From positions 1 to 64,000 of IMG/VR virus record IMGVR_UViG_2895548450_000001: a stretch of DNA of 64,000 bases; one strand, 5' to 3'. Made by a program: the position numbers and the translations under genes. The notes under the pieces are model-generated. The model saw only the letters and a list, made by a program, of their open reading frames with translations. It was not told the DNA's origin and did no database searches. This DNA is from a virus (taxonomy: Duplodnaviria > Caudoviricetes). Positions 29,417-39,604 of the stretch are shown piece after piece; position 1 is the stretch's first letter, and the number at the start of each line of letters is the position of its first letter.

Positions 29417-30583
29417 TTATCGATTAGAAACAAACGCACTGTTATGCGCGGCAGAAAGCACCAGAACGTCGTCAGCTTCTGGTGCGTCCGCACCTTTACC
29501 AACACCACCTCTTGGGATTGCTGCCAGTTTAATTTGAGCCTGTTTTAGAAGCTCAATTTTATCGTCCGCGCTGGCGTCGTCTGCCAACGTCAAACCCGCT
29601 GCAACGACAGCTAGTTTTAGTTGCTCATCGAACACGCCGACAATTTTGTTCGCCGTTGCAAGTTTCGCTTCAGCGGCTGAAAGATCAGATTGAAGTTTGG
29701 TATCTGAACCATTCTCAATCTTCGTATTTAGTTCTTCTACTTGTCCTTTCAGCGCGGCTACTTCCGACTGAGACGCGGTAAGCGCGGCCTCTGCCGTTTC
29801 GAGTTTAACTTCTAGCTTGCCGTTAGCTGCGGACAACGTAGAAACTTGGTTTGTTAAAGCTGATAAATCCATAGTTTCACCTGTTGTTTCACTTTGAGTG
29901 GGGGAGCAAGTCATATACCCATACTGTACGGCTTCATGCGAACTCGAAGCGGCAAGCTGGTTATATGCGTCTTTGCCCAGACGTTGCTTGGCAGAGCCAA
30001 GTATCTTCGGTTTATTACTCGCGCCTTTGTTCACGAGTGATAATTCTTTCCAAGCACGGAGGTCGGTTAAGCGAAGGTGGGTACCATCTACCCCTATTTG
30101 GTGACCGTTATCACACTCACGGAACCAAAAACTCATTTCGTTACCTTCGGCCATATAGTCAAAACCACATTCAGAACAAAAAGCGTGGTTGGGCGCGGCA
30201 CCGACAGAAACTTCATCAAGAATAGAAAGGTCAATATCTCGGGCGTAAGGGCCTTCAGCATCAACGTAGAAAAGTACATTCAGGTCGGTATGGCCTTCGT
30301 CCGCGGCATACGTCTCCGCCGCAAAGACTTTACCAACAGGCAACATTTGGCCGTTGTGCATAACCTGAATAGGCACACTTTCATCTTTGTAGTATCCGGC
30401 CATCTGGTTAAGAAAGCCTTCCGTCATTTGAGCGCCGTGATAGGCTGTGCTTGGTTGGTTGATTGGACGAGTAGATGCCGCAACGCTTTCATACGCTGCT
30501 ATCTGCGAAAAGTCTATTTCATCACCCGCGGCTGCGGTGATAAGCGATTTAATACGCTCAGTGAGGGTTAGCCGTTTAGCCAT
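29417..30583 (-). CDS. Prohead protease fused to scaffold
   Basis: MH...PVGK, EVSVG and ELSLVNKGA protease motifs; CSECG; C-terminal coiled coil. Confidence 0.8.
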   Translation of the reverse strand: MAKRLTLTERIKSLITAAAGDEIDFSQIAAYESVAASTRPINQPSTAYHGAQMTEGFLNQMAGYYKDESVPIQVMHNGQMLPVGKVFAAETYAADEGHTDLNVLFYVDAEGPYARDIDLSILDEVSVGAAPNHAFCSECGFDYMAEGNEMSFWFRECDNGHQIGVDGTHLRLTDLRAWKELSLVNKGASNKPKILGSAKQRLGKDAYNQLAASSSHEAVQYGYMTCSPTQSETTGETMDLSALTNQVSTLSAANGKLEVKLETAEAALTASQSEVAALKGQVEELNTKIENGSDTKLQSDLSAAEAKLATANKIVGVFDEQLKLAVVAAGLTLADDASADDKIELLKQAQIKLAAIPRGGVGKGADAPEADDVLVLSAAHNSAFVSNR

Positions 30584-30610
30584 CGTCAATTTCCATCCAA
30601 ATTTTCGATT

Positions 30611-30639
30611 ATCTTAGGGCTTTTCAATCGTGTTGCCAA
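30611..30639 (-). promoter_or_regulatory. Sigma70-like promoter for the head genes
   Basis: TTGGCA-17-TAAGAT followed by AAAATT. Confidence 0.55.
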
Positions 30640-30658
30640 GCCCGTTTAAAAATTAACC

Positions 30659-32119
30659 TTAAGACTGGTTAGCCTTAGACTTCGCGCTTTTGTCTGAAGC
30701 TCGACTAACCGAACGTCCTTGAGGGTCCGAATTAGGGCTAACTTTCTCAGCGTCTACTTCCATTGCGCCACCCACAAAACCGGTGCCGCTTAACTCAGGA
30801 ACCGCGTCAGGGCGAATACGTCTGTACATTGCAATATGGTAATCGTCGTCTGTAATCAGACCATCACTTAAATCGGTGCGTAAACGATTAGACTTAAGGT
30901 TTAATTGTGCTTCTAATTCTAGCTCAGAACGTAAATCAATATTGGGGAATCTCACAATTACTCGACTTTCTGAACCTTGAAGTCGTAAGGCCATCGTCAA
31001 CATACTGCCTAGAATTTCCCCAATAGGCTCGTTCAAGCTGTCCGCGTTTTTGGCAAAGAGGTTGGCTTCCACCGTCGCGGTATTAACGCCGGATTCCCCG
31101 CGCCCTAGAACGGTAGCCATCGTCTTAAGACCGGCTTGGTTCTGTGCGTTGAGGGTATCGATTACTTCTTGAATCTTTATCCCCGTCGCAGGGTTCTTTT
31201 CATTGAGCATTGACACTTCAGCGCTATCCGTGTGGACCATTGCTTGGTCTGGGCGGAGTGTAGCAAAAGCACTGCCGATATCTTGTCTACGCTGAGAAAT
31301 ATACGTCCTCATCTTTTGAGGGTCAGCTTTAACGTCTGCAGGGGCATTTTTGACTAACACTTCCTCAAGAACCTTAATAGCGATTCTCGGGAAACCCGTA
31401 ACTTGCATGATTCGGTACAGGTCGTTAATTACCTGTTGTCGCGCTGCCATGGTATTTATCGCACTGATAAACGGACTATGGCCATAAGCCTCAACAGGAG
31501 GTTTTCTATACCATGCAACGAAGAAAGACGGGATATCCATTTTAATAGGGTCCCCGCCCCCTTGGTCTTGCCACGGTACCATTTTCCCAGGCTCTTTTTC
31601 TTGCCAGCGAATACTTGCCATATCGATATTGCGAAGTTCCGTTAATTCAAGCTGGTCCCCAAATACGGTTTCACACCCAATACCCCCACGGGCCAATAGC
31701 ATGTAACGAAACTCTTCAGAAAGCTCTCTTAAGGTTTTACGCCTCAGGTAACCCTTGGAATAATCTCGACGGGTCTCGAGCGCTTCAATAAGTTCATTAA
31801 CAATCTTCGCTCCGTCGCGGTCTATCGCCCCGTCAGGGTCTTTTACGACAATATAGGGGACAGAGCTACCCGCTGTCGTTAAGTACGCCCCTAATGCCGC
31901 TGACGCGTCAGGATCGGACTTAACCAATTTGAGAATTATTTCTTGGGAGGTATCCGACGTTCTTGTCGAATAGATATCTTCAAGGTGTTCCCGATAGTCT
32001 GGGAGAGAGAGGACTTCGGTGTTATTTTCTGCGTTATAGGTCGCAGTTTGTGTACTCCCCTTCGGCTTAAACCGATTAGGCACAATTACCTTAAGTTTGC
32101 TGAGTATCGTTCCGGCCAT
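30659..32119 (-). CDS. Portal protein
   Basis: ~486 aa between terminase and protease; YGHSPFISA motif. Confidence 0.85.
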   Translation of the reverse strand: MAGTILSKLKVIVPNRFKPKGSTQTATYNAENNTEVLSLPDYREHLEDIYSTRTSDTSQEIILKLVKSDPDASAALGAYLTTAGSSVPYIVVKDPDGAIDRDGAKIVNELIEALETRRDYSKGYLRRKTLRELSEEFRYMLLARGGIGCETVFGDQLELTELRNIDMASIRWQEKEPGKMVPWQDQGGGDPIKMDIPSFFVAWYRKPPVEAYGHSPFISAINTMAARQQVINDLYRIMQVTGFPRIAIKVLEEVLVKNAPADVKADPQKMRTYISQRRQDIGSAFATLRPDQAMVHTDSAEVSMLNEKNPATGIKIQEVIDTLNAQNQAGLKTMATVLGRGESGVNTATVEANLFAKNADSLNEPIGEILGSMLTMALRLQGSESRVIVRFPNIDLRSELELEAQLNLKSNRLRTDLSDGLITDDDYHIAMYRRIRPDAVPELSGTGFVGGAMEVDAEKVSPNSDPQGRSVSRASDKSAKSKANQS

Positions 32120-32138
32120 CGTCAATTTCCCAAATTAT

Positions 32139-33920
32139 CTAGTACCGACGAATTATTTTCGTCGGGTTATTGCTGGAAGAATAACCGATTAAATCGCTCG
32201 TGCCAAAGATATCGTTGTCTTGCTGGCCTAAGATTATTCCCCCTCCGTGTCCGGCATTTGAAAAGTCCGTGTTCACGTTGACCCAACCCTCAAGACCGTC
32301 TTTCACGATTTTGTACGATACCGCTGAAGCGAGATAGGCCATGGCGTGGAAAAAGTGGTCCTTGCCCGAGAGCTTGACCCACACGGCTTGTTCCTCATCA
32401 ACTTCCTCTCGGATCATATCTTGAAGGTGAGACTCGATTTTATCTTGGTTGCTGGTGTAACCCTCGATAGACCATGTTAGGTTTCTTACCCCCGTAGCAA
32501 CATGGTCTAGCATATCAGTACGGTTTACCTTGATATAATCAACCTCACCTAACGCGTTCTTTTCCTCGGCCACTTCCTTGCTCTTGGTGTAATGCACCGG
32601 CATTATTCGGCCTAAACTCCCATTACGTATATCGTTACTGGTTGGCGTGTAAGGGTACCTATCTAAGCCCCCACCAACAAAGTGATATTGCTCATCTAGC
32701 TTATTAACCAGCCCTCGTAATTGGTCTATATGACAGAATGTTGCCAAAATAATACGCATCTTTCTCGGGTCGGTCCCACAGCCCACAACGATATAACAGG
32801 TTACGCCCATATCAATACCGATAAAGTGGGGTTCGCCTTGCCTTGGTTCTGGTATGGCTGGACTCCCCATGGCGAGTTTTATCTGGCTCAAAGATAGCTT
32901 TTGGTCTTCGTTGTTGTAGGGCTCACCCTTAACCGTATTGTAAAAGCCCTTAAGATTGTCGTTAGCTTTGTAGTCGAAAAGCTGGGCAAAACAATACTGG
33001 GGATCAAGTCTGTGGGTTGAGAACGTGCGGATTCGATAACCTCTATTCAGAACGCGGCTTGGATATTTGGCCACCCATTCTCGGTTTTCATAATCCGAAA
33101 GGTCTAATGGCTTACGACACTTCTCACATACCACGCGTGCCGACTGAATATCTATCTGGCCCGAGTCAATCAAGTTATCCGAGATATCTTCGAATTTCTC
33201 TAAATCGTCGGGTAGGCCATCAACCTCAACAAACGTTCGACTGAAAACCGGTATCTGGTAATGATTGCAGCAACGGCACTTAATAACATACTCATGCTGG
33301 TCGCTACGCCGATAACCCCTATCCACCCCAACACCTTCGTAGGTGGGCGTGCTAAAGCGCTGGTTTACACGATGGTCCGAGCCCTGAAGACGCGAGTTAA
33401 AAAGCGATAGCATCGAAGGGTCCGTCAAGTCTATCTCATCGTTAAATACAAAGTCCGCGTTGATACTGGTGGCATCGGCTTCTGCAGAACCGGTTACGTA
33501 AAGGAAGCTGGTACCAATTCGCATAAGGTCCATAGACTGTTTAGTCTTGTCCCCGTTGTCTTGACGAAAGGCTTTATCGAAGTTGATTAACGGCTGGATA
33601 CGCGCTTTTGAAATACGCTTAAACATTCGCTCGTTAGGCATGGTGTATATCAACGAAGTGTTTGGGGTTCGGCTAAGTATAGCCAGCGCTTTACGTATCT
33701 GTATTTCGGTAAGACCAACCTGTGACGGTTTAATACAGTCCAGACTCGGGTGCATATCATCTGCGATTTGCTTCTGAAAAGGGTAACGCTCAAAACTGAA
33801 GGGACGCTTATTCAAAGAGGTGTTCACGCACATCCAGTCCCCATGCGTCATATCTTTTGAATCTTTGTTGTACCTACCTTCAGCGGTTGAATACAAATCC
33901 ATTAGGAACTGGTTGGCCAC
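32139..33920 (-). CDS. Terminase large subunit (lambda GpA-like)
   Basis: KPSQVGLTE Walker A, FNDEID Walker B, FSTPT, CxxC Zn motifs, GIDMG nuclease, DHFFHA. Start set at GTG 33920 after a GAGG RBS. Confidence 0.92.
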   Translation of the reverse strand: MANQFLMDLYSTAEGRYNKDSKDMTHGDWMCVNTSLNKRPFSFERYPFQKQIADDMHPSLDCIKPSQVGLTEIQIRKALAILSRTPNTSLIYTMPNERMFKRISKARIQPLINFDKAFRQDNGDKTKQSMDLMRIGTSFLYVTGSAEADATSINADFVFNDEIDLTDPSMLSLFNSRLQGSDHRVNQRFSTPTYEGVGVDRGYRRSDQHEYVIKCRCCNHYQIPVFSRTFVEVDGLPDDLEKFEDISDNLIDSGQIDIQSARVVCEKCRKPLDLSDYENREWVAKYPSRVLNRGYRIRTFSTHRLDPQYCFAQLFDYKANDNLKGFYNTVKGEPYNNEDQKLSLSQIKLAMGSPAIPEPRQGEPHFIGIDMGVTCYIVVGCGTDPRKMRIILATFCHIDQLRGLVNKLDEQYHFVGGGLDRYPYTPTSNDIRNGSLGRIMPVHYTKSKEVAEEKNALGEVDYIKVNRTDMLDHVATGVRNLTWSIEGYTSNQDKIESHLQDMIREEVDEEQAVWVKLSGKDHFFHAMAYLASAVSYKIVKDGLEGWVNVNTDFSNAGHGGGIILGQQDNDIFGTSDLIGYSSSNNPTKIIRRY

Positions 33921-33958
33921 GCTACCTCTTTTATCGTCAATTAGTCTAATTTTGGGGT

Positions 33959-33987
33959 AGATTACGCCGCACTGTGTATACAAGCAA
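33959..33987 (-). promoter_or_regulatory. Sigma70-like promoter for the terminase operon
   Basis: TTGCTT-17-TAATCT followed by AAAATT. Confidence 0.5.
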
Positions 33988-34033
33988 TCTTTCGGTATGA
34001 TATTTAACCTATTACAACTTGGAATTGACGATT

Positions 34034-34516
34034 ATGAGCGAACGATACTACCCAGAGCTGACCCCTGCCCTTTTCACAACTCTTAACACATGGAAAAAAC
34101 TAGTCCAAGACGACCCTACGTACTTAGACGATGAGAGTTGCCCCTACGAGCAAAATGAGATTGAACTACTTCATTTCATGTTTGCTACTCCCGACGCTGG
34201 TACACAGATTGCACCAACAAACTATGAAGACCCTGATGAAATTCCTGATTTTGAGAAAGAGGCCTTACGCCTTTATCGCGATATGAAGGATTTTAAAAGT
34301 AAGCTTAGCACTTCAGACACGAGCGAAATGGCCAGTACCTTTAGAACCATGGTTTCACTTATGGAAAAGATACTCGACGTTCAGGAAAGAGCTTCAGGGA
34401 TAAAGCAGTTTGGCGGGTTCAAAACATTCATCCTCGATAGCATGGAACGCTATTTATCGCCGCAGCAAAAATCTGAGTTTATTGAAGAAATGAAACTTAT
34501 CCTGAATCGGGAGTAA
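34034..34516 (+). CDS. Hypothetical helical protein (possible small terminase)
   Basis: Divergent from terL; motif before ATG; function is a guess from position and size. Confidence 0.5.
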   Translation: MSERYYPELTPALFTTLNTWKKLVQDDPTYLDDESCPYEQNEIELLHFMFATPDAGTQIAPTNYEDPDEIPDFEKEALRLYRDMKDFKSKLSTSDTSEMASTFRTMVSLMEKILDVQERASGIKQFGGFKTFILDSMERYLSPQQKSEFIEEMKLILNRE

Positions 34517-34519
34517 CCT

Positions 34520-37018
34520 ATGTATAGCTTGTTATCTAAATCACTTTTTGCTGTTGGGATACCAACCATCCCGTTATTCAAAACCTCTAAGCTTCCGGCT
34601 ATCCCGAAGGATAAGATACAGCACGCGGCTCAAGAGCTACATCAAAAGAACTGGCAAGTCGCTCATGCGGATAAACTGTGTGGTATCGCACTGGGCCAAG
34701 CGCTGATAAACGAAGCGGAGTCGTGCTTAGTGGCGTTAAAACTTGATCACAAGCAAGCTGATTTGAAGCTGGCCCTCTCCCAAAAACTTCCCTCTAACCT
34801 TTGGGTCGTTTCGGAAGGGAACAATCATTACTTAATATTTAAAGCACCGGCCCCATCACCCTGCAGCGAATCGCTAAAGTCATTTACCCTTTTCGCTTCA
34901 GGGGAAGAGTCCGCGCTTTTATCATTCCTTTGCGAAGATACGTTTGTTGTACTGAGTTCTCCAACCCAAACACCAACTGAAGAGGTAATTCAAAATCTGC
35001 CGGTGTTCGAACCGCATCACATCATGGACCTCGTTCAGGAGATAAAGCCAGAATCCGAGCTACAGAAAGAAGCCTACAGCGCCGAAACTAAGACAAAATT
35101 ACACACCTTAGGACAATTAGACGTAATTATACGTTCTTATCTGGCGCATTTTTGCTACGATTTTTTGCTAAATTGTGACAAAAACACCTCGATTCTTCCG
35201 GTTTTGCAGGAAATTGAAGCGCTTTATGACAGTTTTTCGGCCAATTTTGTCAATATAACGCCAAATCATCAAAAAGAGGCCTATTTTCAAGGTTTCTACT
35301 CCCTCATTCACCAAGTCCGTATGTACTACAACCTTCGCCTCCCACCTAACTGGGACGACCATATTGGGGCTAAATTAAGGGACCGGTACCAAATACCGTT
35401 CACTTCAAAGGACACCCAGTATACTTATGAGCGTCTTCAACAGTTCGTTTTTGAAAAAATGTCCGAGGCCATCGGCAATGAAACCCAAATGTTGGAAGCT
35501 TGCCAGTCGGCCATGGAAGAAATTGCACGTTCGTTCACGGTAACGAAACTCGAGGTCGACCAACTTAAACGATATATCTCGCGTCAGTCCGGCATGAAGC
35601 TAAACATGACCAAAATGGATAGCCAGATAACGAACCTTCGCAAACAAGCTAAAGGTGTCTTGGATTTACCTTCGATAGTCTCGGTAGTTATTCAATTCTT
35701 AAGCGCTCAAACCGAACACCGCTTTGATTCAAGTATCGACCCAAATCGACTGTTCCGCTGGATGGGTACCCATTGGGAGCCGGTTGAGGACCATGAGATA
35801 AGCAACATCATAAACACGTACTTCCCGTCTAATTTCACGGACAAGGGTACGCGTAACGTCAAAGCAATACTGACAGCTATCAAAAATAAATTGTCGCTGC
35901 CACTAAGACGCGTAAGCGCTACGGGCGTGAACTTCAATAACGGCTTTGTAAACCCGCATCTTCAATTACTACCCCATGACCCAGATATGGGGTTGACCTA
36001 TACGCTGCCGTTTACGTTTAAGCCCGAGCAGATATTCCCGCCAGAGAAATTAGAAAACTTCCTGTCGGAGATTTGGGAAAACGAGCCCGATAACATCCTC
36101 GCTTTGCAAGAGGCTATGGCGGCAACGTTCTTCAACACCGGCACACTTTTCCAACGGGCCATACTGCTTCACGGCGCATCAAAGTCGGGAAAAAGCCAGG
36201 TGCTAAATATTATCCGCGGACTAATCCCCCCTCAAAAGCGCGTGTCTTTGGCGCCGAACAAATGGGGTGATAACGACGCACTGGCCGCACTTTCAAACAA
36301 GCTGCTTAACCTGTGTGGCGAACTGTCAGAGAACGAGCACATTAACAGCCAGCGCTTCAAGGATATCGTTGATGGGAATGAAGTCACACTTAAGCGAAAC
36401 ATAAACCAGCATAACACCCTGCAGCCCATGGCCACCCATTGGTTCGCATCAAACCATCTTCCTAAAACGAAAGACTTCACCGAAGGCTTTACTCGACGTT
36501 GGTTAATACTGGGACTGGAAAAACCTATTCCGCCCGAGAAAAGAGAGTTGGACCTTGGCAACAAAATTGTCGCGGAAGAGAAAGATAAAATTATCTCTTG
36601 GGCCATCCAAGCGTACCCAAGACTGGTTAATAATCGAGACTATACCCTCTCGAACTCACATCACGAGTTGGTAAGTCAGCTTGGCCAGATGAACAATAAC
36701 GTTCGTCACTTCTTTGAGGCCTCGGGCTACATTGAGCTATCAGACGATTCAATGATAGCGGTATTGAAGTCATTACCCAAAGAAGAGTTGATTGAAGAGC
36801 TTAAGCAGCTCCCTTCAATCTCAGGCAGGGACCTTTACACGCTCTACGCCACCGCAGTAAAGGAATTCAAAAACGGGGCTGTTGTGGATGAAGGTGAGTT
36901 CTATCGAAGAACGAAAGAACTCAGTGGGATATACCAATTCCTTCAAGTCGTGGGTCGTGATTCAAAAAATAGATTAGTTATTCAGTATTACGGACTAGAT
37001 ATTCTCTTAAACGGTTAA
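34520..37018 (+). CDS. D5/P4-family primase-SF3 helicase
   Basis: VNFNNG D5_N motif, Walker A GASKSGKS, FASNHLP and FTRRWLIL SF3 motifs. Confidence 0.88.
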   Translation: MYSLLSKSLFAVGIPTIPLFKTSKLPAIPKDKIQHAAQELHQKNWQVAHADKLCGIALGQALINEAESCLVALKLDHKQADLKLALSQKLPSNLWVVSEGNNHYLIFKAPAPSPCSESLKSFTLFASGEESALLSFLCEDTFVVLSSPTQTPTEEVIQNLPVFEPHHIMDLVQEIKPESELQKEAYSAETKTKLHTLGQLDVIIRSYLAHFCYDFLLNCDKNTSILPVLQEIEALYDSFSANFVNITPNHQKEAYFQGFYSLIHQVRMYYNLRLPPNWDDHIGAKLRDRYQIPFTSKDTQYTYERLQQFVFEKMSEAIGNETQMLEACQSAMEEIARSFTVTKLEVDQLKRYISRQSGMKLNMTKMDSQITNLRKQAKGVLDLPSIVSVVIQFLSAQTEHRFDSSIDPNRLFRWMGTHWEPVEDHEISNIINTYFPSNFTDKGTRNVKAILTAIKNKLSLPLRRVSATGVNFNNGFVNPHLQLLPHDPDMGLTYTLPFTFKPEQIFPPEKLENFLSEIWENEPDNILALQEAMAATFFNTGTLFQRAILLHGASKSGKSQVLNIIRGLIPPQKRVSLAPNKWGDNDALAALSNKLLNLCGELSENEHINSQRFKDIVDGNEVTLKRNINQHNTLQPMATHWFASNHLPKTKDFTEGFTRRWLILGLEKPIPPEKRELDLGNKIVAEEKDKIISWAIQAYPRLVNNRDYTLSNSHHELVSQLGQMNNNVRHFFEASGYIELSDDSMIAVLKSLPKEELIEELKQLPSISGRDLYTLYATAVKEFKNGAVVDEGEFYRRTKELSGIYQFLQVVGRDSKNRLVIQYYGLDILLNG

Positions 37019-37040
37019 TAATCAACCATTAGTCCCTCTA

Positions 37041-37074
37041 GGCGAAAAAACTTTAAACTTTTTTCGCCTTTTTT
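37041..37074 (+). terminator. Intrinsic terminator after the primase
   Basis: GGCGAAAAAA...TTTTTTCGCC followed by a T run. Confidence 0.7.
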
Positions 37075-37289
37075 ATTCCCCCTGTATCACACTTAAAATG
37101 TGTTCAAAAAACTTTCCGATTCACTTTTACCCGTATACAAAAACACACTTTTATTGTGTTTTTTATACGTATGAAAACGCTTACCTAAACGCTCCTAATT
37201 CATTGTCTTGTTTAATTTACACCCTTGACCGACCACTAAATATTTTATACTTTAGTCGACGTTGACAGCGAACAACGTCTTGTATATGC

Positions 37290-37485
37290 ATAGACACCTT
37301 GCCGCTTATCAACCGAGTGGAGGCTCGACACTATCCACTCCTACAATTTGGAAATTGACGATAAAGCCTGTTCTAATTTTAATGCTCGTCCGCATACCTA
37401 GTTTCAAGCTTATCTAACGACAACGACCTCTGATTACGTTGAACGTCTCAAACCCCGAGTGGCCCAACCCTCGGGGTTTTATTTT
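37290..37485 (+). ncRNA. Candidate decoy/sponge RNA carrying a 19-nt perfect target site for the sRNA
   Basis: Hairpin 37315-37340, site 37346-37364, no SD-led ORF, terminator at 37450-37485. The 5' end is uncertain. Confidence 0.35.
37450..37485 (+). terminator. Intrinsic terminator
   Basis: AAACCCCGAG...CTCGGGGTTT then TATTTT. Confidence 0.75.
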
Positions 37486-37662
37486 ATTACTCGCTTTTTA
37501 TTCCTAAGGTTTAGTTTTGGGTCTAGGTTCTCGGGTCTAGTATCTCGTTTTTTGTGTGGAGTTCTCGGGCCTAGGTTCTAGGGTAGTTAGTATAACCTTC
37601 CAAAATCCCAAAAATTTTTCAGGTGGAGTGAGAGGGCCACCCCACTATATCACCTCGTTTTC

Positions 37663-37692
37663 TTGCATAAAAACCACCCCCCCTTATATAGT
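37663..37692 (+). promoter_or_regulatory. Sigma70-like early promoter
   Basis: TTGCAT-18-TATAGT upstream of the first early gene. Confidence 0.45.
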
Positions 37693-37780
37693 GAATGCAA
37701 CTCGGGACACCTACCACGAAACACGGACCGAGGGGGGAACATTCCCCCACCGACAAATTAACTTTTAAGGATTGACGATT

Positions 37781-38500
37781 ATGACTACTACTACCACTTT
37801 CAACGCTTCAGTGTTTGCATCGGCTCTTGTTACTGCTGATAAAAATGATCTACGTGTGCCAGCCGTTAAAATGGCTATCGCTTGCTATGCCGTAGCACAC
37901 AACATGGAAAAAGGCGCTAACATTGCGCTTTGTTGTGACTTGTATGGCGTGCCAGCTAACCAACGTACAAAAGCCAACCGTGACAGCTCACGCCTATACA
38001 ATCAGGCGAAAGGCTATTGGAAAACGTACGTGAAATTCGTAAATGATAACCGCCAATATCTAACCAAGTTTTTCGACGCTATAAAAACGATTGAGTTAAA
38101 CGGCACATTCGCGCAAATCGGTGACAAGGTATTAAACGCGGATATTTACGGCGAAAATGGCGCTCCTCAAGGCCGCGTTGAATGGCTTAACTTCCTAGGC
38201 GAATACTTGCCTAAGGAAGCGAAAGAAGAAAAGCCTAGCAAGGACGCGAAAAGCGAGCCGGTAAAAGGTAAAGATAAGGAAGGCGGAGCAGCTAAGCGTG
38301 CCGCGGATGATAACGTTACAAGTGCTGTTCAGGCCCTTGTTTCTAAGCTTGAAGATCATACTCAAGCGCTGATCAATCATCAGCTTGAGGCCCTAGACGC
38401 GGCCGGTTTACCTAAGGCACACCGCGCAAAAGTGAGTAAAGCCATGCTCGCACTATCGCTTGAGATTCAAAAGGATCTCGAAAAGCAACTAACCAAGTAA
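37781..38500 (+). CDS. Hypothetical early protein
   Basis: Long ORF with motif-linked ATG and its own terminator. Confidence 0.8.
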   Translation: MTTTTTFNASVFASALVTADKNDLRVPAVKMAIACYAVAHNMEKGANIALCCDLYGVPANQRTKANRDSSRLYNQAKGYWKTYVKFVNDNRQYLTKFFDAIKTIELNGTFAQIGDKVLNADIYGENGAPQGRVEWLNFLGEYLPKEAKEEKPSKDAKSEPVKGKDKEGGAAKRAADDNVTSAVQALVSKLEDHTQALINHQLEALDAAGLPKAHRAKVSKAMLALSLEIQKDLEKQLTK

Positions 38501-38540
38501 GCCCAGCGGGGGGAACATTCCCCCCTCAATTCGAGAAACG

Positions 38541-38584
38541 AAAAACCGATTAGCACGGCTAGTGCTAATCGGTTTTTTCTTTTT
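38541..38584 (+). terminator. Intrinsic terminator
   Basis: AAAAACCGATTAGCAC...GTGCTAATCGGTTTTT then a T run. Confidence 0.85.
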
Positions 38585-38661
38585 CGCAAAGCTATTAAGC
38601 GCGTGCCTACATCATGTGTGTACCCGTGTGGGTGTGTGCTGGTGGATGTGTGTACCAGTGC

Positions 38662-38695
38662 CTAGGCTCTAGGCTCTAGGCTCTAGGGTCTAGGC
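38662..38695. repeat. CTAGGCT heptamer tandem repeat
   Basis: CTAGGCT x3, CTAGGGT, CTAGGC; related degenerate copies at 37521-37584 and 39367-39380. Confidence 0.8.
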
Positions 38696-38807
38696 TGGTG
38701 GATTGTGATAGCAATTCGCGTGAAGGGAATTTGGAGAAACTGGGGGCCGTGACTGTCGCGGCGATTTTAGGGGGGAACATTCTCCCCCAATATGAGGGAA
38801 TAATATT

Positions 38808-39068
38808 ATGAAAATACCAATGCGAATTTTGAGACAGAACAAGGGTTTGAATCTGGGGACCACAGAATATATAAACGACAAGAAAGTTTGGTTCCATAAA
38901 CTTGAGTTGGTAGGTACAACCGCTCAGCTTGAGCGCTGGTGGCGAATGCGCCAGCGTAGACCTAATCCACTTAAAGACTTGGATGAGGTTGTTATGTACA
39001 ACGTTGAGCATGAAGGCGTGCTTGAGTGTGCAGAGGTTCAGGAAATAATTGCTCGTTACGAGCGCTAA
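38808..39068 (+). CDS. Hypothetical protein
   Basis: GAGGG RBS; flanked by two palindromes. Confidence 0.7.
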   Translation: MKIPMRILRQNKGLNLGTTEYINDKKVWFHKLELVGTTAQLERWWRMRQRRPNPLKDLDEVVMYNVEHEGVLECAEVQEIIARYER

Positions 39069-39106
39069 TTAAGGGGGGAACATTCCCCCCAGATACAAGG
39101 AAATTG

Positions 39107-39370
39107 ATGATGATTACACGTTCTGATTTAGCTTTATTTATCGCGTTTATGGTTCACTTTATGTTGCTGGTGGCTGGGTTCACGGTCCTCATTTCGAGTC
39201 CCGAGGTCCTGGGATTGGGGGGCGTTACGTGTTGGGCCAGTATACCGCTCTTTTGTATCTCTATCGTGAGTCTCTACGGCGAAAAACTAGACAAAAGAAG
39301 TAACTTGGCGCGGGTGGTATTTCGCTTCAATTGGTGGAAGCTGGCTTTCGTTCTAAAAAATAGAATCTAG
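39107..39370 (+). CDS. Small membrane protein (2 TM)
   Basis: GGAAATTGATGATG start; two hydrophobic segments. Confidence 0.65.
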   Translation: MMITRSDLALFIAFMVHFMLLVAGFTVLISSPEVLGLGGVTCWASIPLFCISIVSLYGEKLDKRSNLARVVFRFNWWKLAFVLKNRI

Positions 39371-39604
39371 AGTCTAGGCTGGTGGTTTTTGGTTCGAGAA
39401 AAAAGGATAAAAAACTCGAATCGAGGCTTGACAGCGAGGAAATTGGAGCAGGTCCGACTTCGACCCAAGGGCCTCTATCCAAGCTTCTCGCATGAGATTA
39501 TGGGACGATTAAAAAGCGTCTGTAAAGCATTTTAAAAACTCGGGTATTCACACATACCCTAAAAAAGGGGGGAACATTCCCCCCCCAATTACGGGAAATT
39601 GACG

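Noticed and set aside
30992-31002. Motif-like GTTGACGATG inside the portal gene (also ATTGACGAT at 56968)
   Set aside because: Internal, no extended complementarity; compatible with chance.
39428-39460. TTGACA as an early promoter
   Set aside because: No -10-like hexamer at suitable spacing.
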